A stretch of DNA of 64,000 bases from contig OX597821.1 of the NCBI GenBank assembly GCA_951406725.2, positions 47,802,001-47,866,000 of the forward strand. Direction: 5' to 3'. Shown here in pieces: positions 36,935-48,055 of this stretch; position 1 is the stretch's first letter; every line of letters begins with the position of its first letter. The DNA is from Octopus vulgaris. Lineage: Eukaryota. The notes under the pieces were generated by a model that saw only the letters and a list, made by a program, of their open reading frames with translations, had not been told where the DNA came from and made no database searches. Both the position numbers and the translations under genes were made by a program.

Positions 36935-37360
36935 TATTTAGAATATCTTTATTTACCAATACAATTCCACATGGTAGTGAGACGTAGGCCCAGAATGCAA
37001 AGGACATGTGTAGACTGGAAAGGAATGAATCTAGTATGCTCCATTGGATGTGCAATGTCAATGTACATGTGTGACAGAACAGTATTAAGAGAAAAATTGG
37101 GCATAAGAGGAATTAGATGCAGTGTACAAGAGGGAAGACTCTGCTGGTTTGGTCTTGTGATATGTGTATAGATGTAGACAGCTGTATACAGAAACACTGA
37201 TCACTTACGGTGGATGGAACTCATGGGTGAGGTTGACCCAGAAAGACATGGAACAAAGTACTGAAGGCTGATCTCAAGACACTGAGCCTTACAAAGGAGA
37301 TGACAGAGGACCAAGATATCTGGTATATTGCTGTATTCCAGAAGACCTGTCCACCACAGC
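36935..37360 (+). mobile_element. Degraded RTE LINE fragment
   Basis: LREKLGIRGIRCSVQEGRLCWFG, homologous to the 5713..6141 ORF. Confidence 0.75.
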
Positions 37361-37382
37361 AGAATTAATACTGATGGTTCCA

Positions 37383-37740
37383 TCATTTTGACTATGCAAT
37401 GCTGGAGCACCACATTAAAGGGGTTTTTTAGTTAAAGAAATTGACCCCAGGACTTATTCTTTGTAAGCCTAGGACTTATTCTATCAGCCTCTTTTCCAAA
37501 CTGCTAATGTTATGAGGACATAAACATACCAGCAACTGTTGTCAACCAATGGTGGAAGGGACAAACACAGGCACCCCACACACACATACACGACAGGCTT
37601 CTTTCAGTTTTCCTCTATTAAATCCACTCACAAGGCATTGGTCAACTTCAGACTATAGTAGAAGACATTTGCCAAGGCGCCATGCAGTGGGGCTGAACCT
37701 GGAACCATGTGGTTGGTAAGCAAGCTTCTTACCACACAGC
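37383..37740 (-). mobile_element. SINE family A (diverged)
   Basis: Head, body and tail on the minus strand. Confidence 0.85.
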
Positions 37741-37766
37741 TACACATATACAGAGAGAGAATGAGA

Positions 37767-37821
<55 letters not shown>

Positions 37822-37907
37822 ATTCAGACACACACATATGCTTATATATACATATAGATAAGTTCAACACTATCACCATCATCATCATGAGCAGCAGCAA
37901 CAGCAGT

Positions 37908-38272
37908 GGAGGTGCAATGACCCAATGGTTAGGGCAGTGGACTCACGGTCGGGAGATCGCAGTTTCGATTCCCAGACTGAACATTGAGTTTGTTTATTGA
38001 TCGAGGCTCCAGCAGGGGTGGGGTGGGGTGGACTGGTGACCCCTGTTGTACTCTTTCACTCCAACTTTCTCTCACTCTTTCTTCCTGATTCTTGTCCCCG
38101 ACTTCCTATGCAACTGCTGAGCCTGGATGCGCATTCATCCATCCTTCGATGCTCTCGGTGTCGAGGGTTGACTTGCTTTCTCTTCTGCAGGTCTTATGAA
38201 TAGCAAAGGACCACGATTCGGACTTCTCCCATCTTGCGAGCTCTGGGACAAAGACCGTATGCTCAACAACAA
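37908..38272 (+). mobile_element. SINE family B, tail type 2
   Basis: Head GGAGGTGCAATGACCCAATGGTTAGGGCAGTGG; tail shared with 13250-13562; (CAA)n end. Confidence 0.88.
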
Positions 38273-38579
38273 CAGCAACAGCAACAGTACCAACAGCAGC
38301 AGTGGCTATACCATTATCATCAACATGGTCATTTTATTGCCACTATCCATACTGGTATGAGTTGAATAGGCCATTGTTGGACTCCTAGATAGATAGAACA
38401 ACCACATCCAACTTGTGAGTTTCCTTTTTGACTTGGTTTCAGTTACTGGATACCCTTTCTTACAGCAACTACTAAGAGCATATTAGATGTGCTGGGAATC
38501 ACCAGCACAAGGAAAAGTAGGTAGAAGATCCTGATGCAAAGCATGTGAAGGATAAATGGTGAGGATTAATTATGGCTAG

Positions 38580-39058
38580 GAAATCGATCAATGGAAATTG
38601 CAGATATGTTACCAGTGCCGGTGGCATGTCGAAACTCTACTTGTGAAGACCCGCTGAGGCAAGTGAGGATCAGAATGGAAATCGATCAATGGAAATTGCA
38701 GATGTGTTACCAGTGCCGGTGGCATGTAAGAGAACCTTCCGTTTCGCGACCGTTGCCAGCACCGCCCCGTTTCGTGTCCGTTGCCAGCCTCGCCTGGCCC
38801 TTGTGCCAGTGGCACATAAAAAGCACCATCCGTTCGTGGCCGTTTGCCAGCTCTGTCTGGCACCTGTGCGGGTGGCACGTAAAAAGCACCCACTACACTC
38901 ACGGAGTGGTTGGCGTTAGGAAGGGCATCCAGCCGTAGAAACACTGCCAGATTTGACTGGGCCTGATGAAGCCTTCTGGCTTCACAGACCCCAGTAGAAC
39001 CGTCCAACCCATGCTAGCATGGAAAACGGACGCTAAACGACGATGATGATGATGATGA
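38580..39058 (+). mobile_element. RTE 3' UTR (young 5'-truncated copy)
   Basis: Near-identical reverse complement of 5131-5596, including the internal tandem duplication; (GAT)n tail. Confidence 0.9.
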
Positions 39059-39796
39059 TACCAAACAGATCGTTTGGTATCAATTTTTCATTTATGAAGT
39101 AATGGAGCACAACGCACATAGAATTTGTATTACCAAGTAAGTTTTTCTATATACTTGTGTGACTCTCTTTCTTGCCTTCATTCTTTTCCCTTTTCTTTCT
39201 CTCACTCTTTCACTTTTATTCTAGCCTTTCTACTTATTCCTTTTCTCTCTCTCCCTCTTGTATTCCTAACCTTTCTCCTTTCTCGTCATCCCTTTCCCTT
39301 TTTTTCTTTGTCGCTCTCTCTCTCTCTCTCTCTTGCCTGCTACTCTCACATGGCCTGAGGCCAGTTCCTCTTTTCCTTCCTCTCTTACGCTGGTCCCATG
39401 GCTGACCAATCACAAATTCTCTGTCTCCCTGTTCCCCATTCCTCAAGACATATTTTAAGCCTTATCCACTATCTTCATCTCCTTGTTTTGTTCAACTATT
39501 CATCCTTGTACACTGCCCTAAATCAAACTCACTGTTATTTTGCTTGTTTTGTTTTGTTTTTTGCTCTCATCCCTAATTCTCAGCAAGAAATTTTTTTTTT
39601 TGCAGGCACCACCAGTTGGGAAGCACTCAGTCTTATCATTAAACTGATGAAAAATTACAGACCTTCTGTTTGTCTCCTGTTTGTTTTTACATTCAGTATA
39701 CATTATGTCGTTTGTTTATTTACCATACATTTTTCATTATATATATATATATACATTAGTTACATTTGATGGATATTTGTCCTCATCTTGTTTGTT

Positions 39797-39843
39797 GTTA
39801 ACACGTTTCGGCTGATATACCCTCCAGCTTTCATCAGGTGTCT
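39797..39843 (-). ncRNA. Minimal type I hammerhead ribozyme motif (3-nt deletion at the cleavage site/stem I in this copy)
   Basis: GACAC-CTGATGA-AAGCTG-GAGGGTATAT-CAGCC-GAAA-CGT-GTT. Confidence 0.72.
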
Positions 39844-39943
39844 TGGGGAATTTTCAAACCTGGGTTCTCATTCCTAAGGTATTTTTCGATGTTGTCGTTG
39901 TTGTTGTTGTTGTTCTTCTTTTTATTATTATTATTTTTATTAT

Positions 39944-39995
39944 TTCCATGCTAGCATGGAAAGCGGACGCTAAACGATGATGATGATGATGATTA
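39944..39995 (+). mobile_element. Extremely truncated RTE 3' end inserted in the (TAA)n tract
   Basis: CCATGCTAGCATGGAAAGCGGACGCTAAAC(GAT)n, matching the RTE terminus at 39009-39058. Confidence 0.8.
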
Positions 39996-40030
<35 letters not shown>

Positions 40031-40036
<6 letters not shown>

Positions 40037-40097
40037 CCTGGAATCAAACTCGGAATCTTGGGGTTAGTAGGCTGCGCTCTTAACCACTATGCTATAT
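40031..40097 (-). promoter_or_regulatory. tRNA-derived Pol III internal promoter (A/B boxes) inside the Penelope-like element
   Basis: TAGCATAGTGG (A box), anticodon-like arm, GAGTTTGATTCC (B box). Confidence 0.7.
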
Positions 40098-40117
40098 TAT
40101 AGAGTAAATTTTAGGGC

Positions 40118-40323
40118 TTATAAAACTAATATTTTCCTATCCGTCCTTAATACCAGTTCCCATATGCTACTCATATCTGTACTTGGTCTGCTTAGGAGGT
40201 TGTTGTATCCTAGCATATGTACTGTTTCTTTTAATTTTCCTATTTTCCAGTGGTGTTCTCTGTCTATTATTTTAACTTCATCCCAAAGCTGTTTATCTGA
40301 ATCTTGTCCCCATATCTGTTCAC
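40118..40323 (-). pseudogene. C-terminal fragment of Penelope-like GIY-YIG endonuclease ORF
   Basis: Manual translation QIWGQDSDKQLWDEVKIIDREHHWKIGKLKETVHMLGYNNLLSRPSTDMSSIWELVLRTDRKILVL*, fitting the PLE C-terminal pattern W..VKIID.E..W..RK.KE..H...N.L.R....W..L. Confidence 0.75.
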
Positions 40324-40494
40324 TTCAATTCCCTTTATAGCCACTCTTTATCCTGCTGACTTGGTTCTTGGTAAATATATTGGAGTGTAAGTTCAAATCA
40401 ATTTGAGGTCTACTATGTGTTTTCCATAATGAGAGACTCTCGCTATGATCTGTTGACTCTCCTTTTACATATATATAAATATATATATATATAG

Positions 40495-40665
40495 GATAGT
40501 TTATGAAAAACAAAAGACAAAGACAGGTGGAGTACAAAACAAACAGATGTATTATTATAACGCTCAGGAATAGAAAAAGTCTTTTACATTTTGAGCCTAC
40601 GCTCTTCTACAGAAAGGGACACAGAAAAAACAAGGAGAGAAAAAAATGTGTGTAGTGGCTAACTA
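40495..40665 (-). mobile_element. Short Penelope-like repeat with a degenerate hammerhead motif (40581-40616)
   Basis: CTTT-CTGTAGA-AGAGC-GTAG-GCTC-AAAA-TG-TA-AAAG; similar layout to 31425-31602; flanked by (TA)n. Confidence 0.55.
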
Positions 40666-40921
40666 TATATATATATAAATGAATGAACAGGTTTGGTGCA
40701 GCAAACATGAAAAATAGAACTGAAAATATGAGTATATGTATTTTTTTATCAATATTTAGCAGAATTAACTGAGTGACTCAAAGGTCAAAAGCCTCATGTA
40801 TTAGCTCTTATCAAAGTTTGATGATTACCTGCTAATGTATGAAACCCTCGACATCTGAGCAACTCTGTTGCTTCTGCTAAATATTAATAAAAATATGAAT
40901 TAATAAATAAATATATATATT

Positions 40922-41470
40922 TCTTTCTAATATAGGTTCAAGCCCTGCAGTTTTGCAGGGAGGGGTTGTCCCTGGAGGAGTGAAAGGTAAATTGATTTCC
41001 ACAAGATTTGAACTCAAAAGATAATAGTGAGCTGGAAGAAATACTACAAGGCATTTTGTCCAATGTGCAAGCAATTCTGCCATTTCACCATCTGAATAAT
41101 AACAAGAAGAAAAATTGTTTCTCAGATAAGCAGGAAGCTAGAAATTGTTGAAGAGGTGACTAACTGATACTTTTGACTCAGTACTGACCTTGGTAGGATT
41201 TGAACTCTAAATGCAAAATGCCAGAACAAATATGCAAATAATTCTTGCTGAAGTTCTAATGATATTGTCAATCCTTTCTATTATAGGCATGAGGCCTGAA
41301 ATTCAGGGGAGGGGGCTTGTCAATCACATCAACCTCAGTGCGCAACTGGTACTTATTTTATTGGCCTCAGGAGGATGAAATGGTGGCATTTGAACTCAGA
41401 ATGCCAATCCAGAAGAAATGCTGCTAAGCGTTTCACCCAACATGCTAATGATTCTGCCAGCTTGCTGCCT
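40922..41470 (-). mobile_element. Cluster of degraded family C SINEs
   Basis: Repeated ATTTGAACTCA B-box reverse complements and AACTGGTACTTATTTTAT. Confidence 0.65.
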
Positions 41471-41817
41471 TACCAACCTTAGATAATAAAAATATTAATA
41501 AAAGCAACCAGCCACATTACTTCAGGCTGATGAAATTCTTTCCAGGCACAACCACTCTTTCTTTTATTGTAGCCTATTGTATCTGGAAAAATGTCCTTCC
41601 ATTTGAAAACAGTAAGAGAAAGATATAAAGGTTGTCTCATTGATCTTCATTATAACCGTTATAGATATGAGCTTAATAGGTTGGCAAAAATGGAGCAGTT
41701 TTGTTTTTTCTTCTACATCCAAAGACCAAATCCTGTAGTGGAACAGGTCAACTTTGCTTTTTATTTATCCAGGATTGATGCTATAAATACCAATAACTAT
41801 GTTCAATTGTCAATCAC

Positions 41818-41825
41818 CTACTACT

Positions 41826-41891
<66 letters not shown>

Positions 41892-41901
41892 GCTGCTGCT
41901 G

Positions 41902-41949
<48 letters not shown>

Positions 41950-41950
41950 A
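41818..41950. repeat. (CTA)n microsatellite
   Basis: Directly visible. Confidence 0.95.
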
Positions 41951-42789
41951 CCTTCATTCCCTAACGAAGAATGTCCTGGTGCTGAGTCAAAAAGGAATCA
42001 ATAGTTTTAAAGAGCGCTAAATGTTAGAGAGGACAGTTTATTGTGTTTTATGGACTTCAATGTTGATGTTGCTGATAATTGGAATTAAATACAAAAATAA
42101 ATTCTATTTTGTTGTAACCTTTTTTATGTTTTTTTTTACATGTGTTTATACTTTTCGCTTTTATTCTGTGTTGTTTTTGTCAGGAACTATATACCCGCCA
42201 CCAGCTATTTTCAAATGATATATCGTGGTATGTTGACTTCAGAATAATTTCTATAAAATATATTTTGAATGGGAGAAAAAAATGATTCTCTTCTTATCTA
42301 TCTATGTCGGAAAGGCAGAGGGAGGAGAAAAACAAGATGAAAACAAGATGAAAACAAGCAAACAAAGCGTATAAACCTAAAAAATAAATTAAAAAAGAAA
42401 TTATTATGAAACTGTTTATATTGATATTATATTATATCATATTATATAGGCAGGCTGTCAGATGAAAATAAACGAAAAACTACTAAAAAAATTACTGTGT
42501 TTCATAGGTTTAAGTGAAACTAAATTATTTCTTTGGCTCCCAAAGAAATATGGTTTCTTCTATTTTGGTACATTTTATGACGTATTGTTGTTGTTGTTGT
42601 TGAGTCTAAATGTACTTACCATATATGTAAATAAACACATACATTTATTGATTTGTTGCTTTGTTACACTCACACACAAAATTTGATGATGACCATACTA
42701 ATAAATGATAGTAATGACTCGAAGCTTCAGATGGGTATTTTATGGATTGAAGTTGAATACAGAGAAAAAGTATTTTTAAATATATACAT

Positions 42790-43210
42790 GAGCGTAGGAG
42801 TGGCTGTGTGGTAAGTAGCTTGCTTACCAACCACATGGTTCCGGGTTCAGTCCCACTGCGTGGCACCTTGGGCAAGTGTCTTCTACTATAGCCTTGGGCC
42901 GACCAAAGCCTTGTGAGTGGATTTGGTAGACAGAAACTGGAAGAAGCCCGTCGTATATATGTATATATATATATGTGTATATGTGTGTGTGTATGTGTTT
43001 GTGTGTCTGTGTTTGTCCCCTTGACATCGCTTGACAACCGATGCTGGTGTGTTTGCGTCCCTGTAACTTAGCAGTTCGGCAAAAGAGCCCGAAAGAATAA
43101 GTACTAGGCTTACAAAGAATAAGCCCTGGGGTCGATTTGCTCGACTAAAGGTGGTGCTCCAGCATGGCCGCAGTCAAATGACAGAAACAAGTAAAAGGAT
43201 AAAAAGGATG
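42790..43210 (+). mobile_element. SINE family A
   Basis: Near-consensus full copy. Confidence 0.92.
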
Positions 43211-43613
43211 ACTGCTATGGAAGTCCTGCAAGCAAAGCCTTTCGTGAAAGAAAAGAACTATTACTCTATAAAAAAAATATTCCCATTATTTCAATATTTA
43301 AATTTTATAGTTGAGCAGTGTTTGCACATGACTGAGGGAAGATCAGTTTGGAGACCCAAATCAGCAAGAATAAGATTTAAGTGTATGGGGAGAAAGTGGG
43401 GGGAAAAGAGATATAGAAATAAAGGGAGTAGAGAGAGATAGAAAGAGATACAGGAAGATGAGAATAAAATCACTGAAATATCAAAAAGCTGAAAGGCTGA
43501 ATGATGAATCGACTACAGGAAGCAGTTGTGAGTAAGAGAGAGCAATGGGTGTTATTTCCTCTGAGAGATGGATGTAAACAAGGGTAGGAGTGATGTATGT
43601 GTGTGTGAGAGAT

Positions 43614-43685
<72 letters not shown>

Positions 43686-43846
43686 AAAATGCACAAAAAC
43701 ATTAAGCAAATTATTGTAGTCTTTTAAGAATAATTAAAGAGACAAAAGCAGGTGTGGCATTCTATGGAAATGAGTTAAATCATTTTTAACTTGCATTATA
43801 TAACCAGTTTCATCCAAGTGTCAGGATTTTTCAAATGAGTATGTTT

Positions 43847-44127
43847 ATAGTTACGGAGATGTACTCGCATAGCAAGTAATTTGATCTGAGATCGTGTGCT
43901 GAAACGAAAACAATTGCAGCGTGGAAGGTGTTTATAAGCCATTTAAGAAACACACAAAAGCCGTTCGATTCACTTCAACATTTAAGTTTAATTTGTCAAA
44001 ATATTTTCGTCGCTAAAATCCGTGACCTGTTCACTGACAAAAATCCGTGCTGCATCTGTTGAAGTGAATCGAACGGCTTTTGTGTGTTTCTTAAATGGCT
44101 TATAAACACCTTCCACGCTGCAATTGT
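43847..44127. mobile_element. Penelope-like remnant with ~72-bp perfect inverted arms around a hammerhead-shaped motif
   Basis: 43909-43980 is the reverse complement of 44057-44127; motif at 43993-44040 on the minus strand. Confidence 0.65.
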
Positions 44128-44814
44128 ATGTTTATAGTAATTGTAATATATAAATCTTTGTAGCTGAACAGAGAACTAAGGTATTAGGTTACAATATGTG
44201 TGTGTGTGTGTGTGTATCATATAATGTACACTGCATTAAAGTAAAAGCTATGTAGCAAGTTTTTACAATGTATATTGTGTCTCCATGCAATCTTTAGGCT
44301 CTGAGCACATTGTGGAATCACAAAGCCTATCATGAAAACTGCCAAACCACATGTCTTAATATGTCTTGAAGAATCTAGTGCCAAGAATCTATTAGTAGTT
44401 CGTATTTTAATAAAGTGTACATTAAATATTTATTTCTCGCTGGATGGAGTACTTTTTTCGTTGACACTTATTTTTACTAAATAAGAACTACTGATTGTTG
44501 CTGCAACAATAAAGAAAATAGAATTTAAGAGATAAAATAAGGATAAAAAGTTATTTAAAGCAATGTTTAAAATCTTCAAATCTTCAAAGACAAATGAAAG
44601 AATATTGGTGAAGAGATGCTTTTTCTGTTATCTCTTTAGTTCAAGAATTGGTCAACTGATAGAACAATTTAGTTGCCTTGTAAGGTTTAAAGATGTTTTT
44701 AATATCCACAGGACTAGTAAATACTAGTTTAACACTCGAGTTAATGACAGTGACCACAGACTATTTCTGCAACCATTGGTGTTGTGAGTGAACAGTAAAA
44801 CTGCACACCCAAAG

Positions 44815-45025
44815 GCAGCCAGCTGGCAGAACTGACAGCTTGTGGAGCGAAATGCTTTGTAACATTTTGTCCATGTTTTCATTCTGAGTTCAAATACTGC
44901 CAAGATAGGCTTTGCCTTTCATCCTTTCTGGGTCAATAAAATCAGTACCAGTTGGGCACTCAAATCAATCTCATCAATTTCGCTAGCCCCAAAATTGCTG
45001 GCCTTGTGCCAAAATTTGAAACCAA
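44815..45025 (+). mobile_element. SINE family C
   Basis: GAGTTCAAAT...GCCTTTCATCCTTTCTGGGTCAATAAAATCAGTACCAG...GGCCTTGTGCCAAAATTTGAAACC. Confidence 0.8.
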
Positions 45026-45299
45026 TATCACACAATGGGGATACTGGTGGTAGTGGTGGTGGTGGTGGGAGTGAATGAAACACCAGTGTTTACACGTAGT
45101 CAGGGAGAGGAGATGGGTAAAAGATGATACAGATGGTAGGATGGAGGCAACTAAATAATTTAAATTATTTTCATTTCTTTTGAGTCCCATTCTGGCCAAT
45201 GTTAGCTACATCTGTGTTGATTCAATTAATATTAATGCAGCTGCACTCTGGACTGTGTATTGTTTGATATGCAACATTAACTCACATGTAAGTTAGAGT

Positions 45300-46004
45300 G
45301 AGTGCAAATGAACTGAGAAACTGGTATGTGATACTGCAAGGTATTTGAGTGCAAATGAACTGAGAAACTGGTATGTGATACTGCAAGGTATTTGAGTGCA
45401 AATGAACTGAGAAACTGGTATGTGATACTGCAAGGTATTTGAGTGCAAATGAACTGAGAAACTGGTATGTGATACTGCAAGGTATTTGAGTGCAAATGAA
45501 CTGAGAAACTGGTATGTGACACTGCAAGGTATTTGAGTGCAAATGAACTGAGAAACTGGTATGTGACACTGCAAGGTATTTGAGTGCAAATGAACTGAGA
45601 AACTGGTATGTGATACAGCAAGGTATTTGAGTGCAAATGAACTGAGAAACTGGTATGTGATACAGCAAGGTATTTGAGTGCAAATGAACTGAGAAACTGG
45701 TATGTGACACTGCAAGGTATTTGAGTGCAAATGAACTGAGAAACTGGTATGTGACACTGCAAGGTATTTGAGTGCAAATGAACTGAGAAACTGGTATGTG
45801 ACACTGCAAGGTATTTGAGTGCAAATGAACTGAGAAACTTGTATGTGACACTGCAAGGTATTTGAGTGCAAATGAACTGAGAAACTGGTATGTGACACTG
45901 CAAGGTATTTGAGTGCAAATGAACTGAGAAATTGGTATGTAACACGTCAAGTTATTTGAGTGCAAATGAACTGAGAAACTGGTATGTGATACTGCAAGGT
46001 ATTT
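45300..46004. repeat. 47-bp minisatellite, 15 tandem copies
   Basis: Unit GAGTGCAAATGAACTGAGAAACTGGTATGTGAYACWGCAAGGTATTT; copies directly adjacent with no spacers. Confidence 0.97.
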
Positions 46005-47159
46005 GACACATGTCAATATGAAGTAAGCACCCTTACCTAAGCTTGTCAATATGTAAGCCCTCTTACATAAAATATAAGGGGGCTTCTTTGAATGTGACAG
46101 TTGTTAATGATGATGATGATAATGATGATGATGATGGCGAAGATAGCAATAACAACAATGTTGACAATGAGGATGATGATGATGATGATAGTGGTGGCGA
46201 TGATGTTGGTGGTGGTAGTGGTAGCGATGGGGATGGTGGTGGTTGTAGTGGTGGTAGTGGTAGGGATTGACAGGATTATGGTAAAAAAAGTTATTGTTTT
46301 GGCTTAATTTGTGGTCTTTCTTAGCCATCTTGTATTCATTCCTATTTTACAAAGCATATTAATCCAACTTACATGGCACCAAATAGTCAAGCAGCAGCTT
46401 TCCTGACTGATAAAATACCATTCCACTAGGAATTTTACCCAAAGAATAATAACTTGCTAAATTTTTCGCCAACTCTGGCTGTTAGGACTTTTGATCATTC
46501 ACCTACTGCCAATTAAGTTACCTAGATAACAGAAGTTATTAACAATTTCTAAACAGCCACTAAAGCATTTGAATCTGAGAGAACCTATTTTTGGATGTCC
46601 TTTGTGTTTTACACTCCTTTGTACCTGATGCAAATAGAGGTTACATTTTTGTTAGCCTGCCTGTGATCTCACAACACCATAATTTTGTCCATTTTAATCC
46701 AAAGTACACTGTATGCAGTTTCTATCCATTCTTTTCAGGCATACTAAACACAGCCATTTCTCTGATGGTGGCAGGGGCATTGTCTTTTCTATTTAACAAA
46801 AGTTTAGCTTTGGTTAGGTTTCCATTAACTGAAATTTCTTCTCCTTACCCTCTGTAGGTTCTGCTACAAGAACTAGATCTTTGGTATGTAGGAGTTCCCA
46901 TAGACAGCAGAAATATCATAGATGTTTGTCTGTGCCTCCCAATACTGTTAGATGAAATAGATTTACCAATAATTAAAATGAAAATAAAGTTTCAGCAATT
47001 CATCACCTCTGCTTCCCACTTTCTTCAACACCTACACCACCTGATAACTCTAATGTTACTGCAATGTTCTTATTAACAATATATTTCCTTCCCAGTAGAC
47101 CCTCTAAATGAGAAATCCAATCACAGAATCAAAGCACCATCTGAACATGAGCAATACCA

Positions 47160-47378
47160 GGGCCTTCTGATTGGCTTCTGTGCCGGTGGCATGTAAAAAG
47201 CACTATCTGAATGTGATCGATGCCAGGCCCGCCTAGCAGAGTGGTTGGCGTAGAAACATTGCCAGATCAGATTTAGATCCTGGTGCAGCTGCTGGCTCTC
47301 CAGATCTCATTCAAACTATCCAAGCCATGCAGGCATGGAAAATGAACGTTAATTGATGACGATGATGATGATGATGAT
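47160..47378 (+). mobile_element. Degraded RTE 3' UTR fragment
   Basis: GTGGCATGTAAAAAGCAC...GAGTGGTTGGCG...CCATGCAGGCATGGAAAATGAACG(GAT)n. Confidence 0.75.
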
Positions 47379-47758
47379 TTAAACTTATAGAAATAACTAC
47401 CAAATTTGCTTCAAATTCAGCTTATTGTTGATAACAAAGAATACATTGGACAAGACAGTCATAGACAATGCAAATTTGAAAAAATACAGGATGTTCACAC
47501 TTGGAATCTCTTTAATCCTTGTTTTACTGTTCAATTAAGGCTGACCTGGAACTAATCAACAACCCATTTCGTTCACTTTTTTTTTATACTTTACACTGAA
47601 AGTTTTCAGTTCTTTGATTGACTAATTCTCAGTTTTCTACTCAATTAAATTTAAATGTTTATACTTTCTTGATTTCTGAAAATCAAGAAAATAGGCAGTA
47701 AGGCCCACTCCTTAGCTGTAGTTTCTGTATCATAAAGCCGATGAGAGACAATGCTACC

Positions 47759-48025
47759 TGTGGTGTTATGAGCCAGGCTGTATTGGAGGGAAGGACCGGA
47801 AGTGAGGGAGTATGTAGGTCTTGTTGGAAGTTGGACCTGCGGTTCCCACTGGAAGGGCTGCAGTGGGCATGTGGGGTTGGCAGTGGATAGCGTATGAGAG
47901 TAGACCTATTAGACGGTACAGTGGCAGACAGAGCACATGGACATTGTGAGTGACCCCTCCCAGATAAACAGGTAAGATCGCCGTAATTCTCCCTCTGCCT
48001 CTGTCTTTTCCTCCTTCACATCACA
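47759..48025 (+). repeat. 5' LTR
   Basis: TGTGGTGTTATGAGCCAGG ... CCTTCACATCACA. Confidence 0.92.
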
Positions 48026-48055
48026 AGCTATTTCAGCTCAAAAAAAAAAAAAAAA

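Larger units (their letters stand above)
39755..40465 (-). mobile_element. Penelope-like retroelement 3' end: GIY-YIG C-terminus, tRNA-like head, (TAA)n, hammerhead, tail
   Basis: See the ORF at 40118-40323, the tRNA head at 40031-40097 and the hammerhead at 39797-39843. Confidence 0.8.

Noticed and set aside
41526-41545. CTGATGA as a hammerhead core
   Set aside because: No stem II, GAAA or stem I partner at a suitable spacing
45300-46004. CRISPR-like array, and the 200-255 aa ORFs on the minus strand
   Set aside because: Units abut with no unique spacers, there are no cas genes, and the context is eukaryotic; the ORFs are a by-product of a stop-free 47-bp repeat
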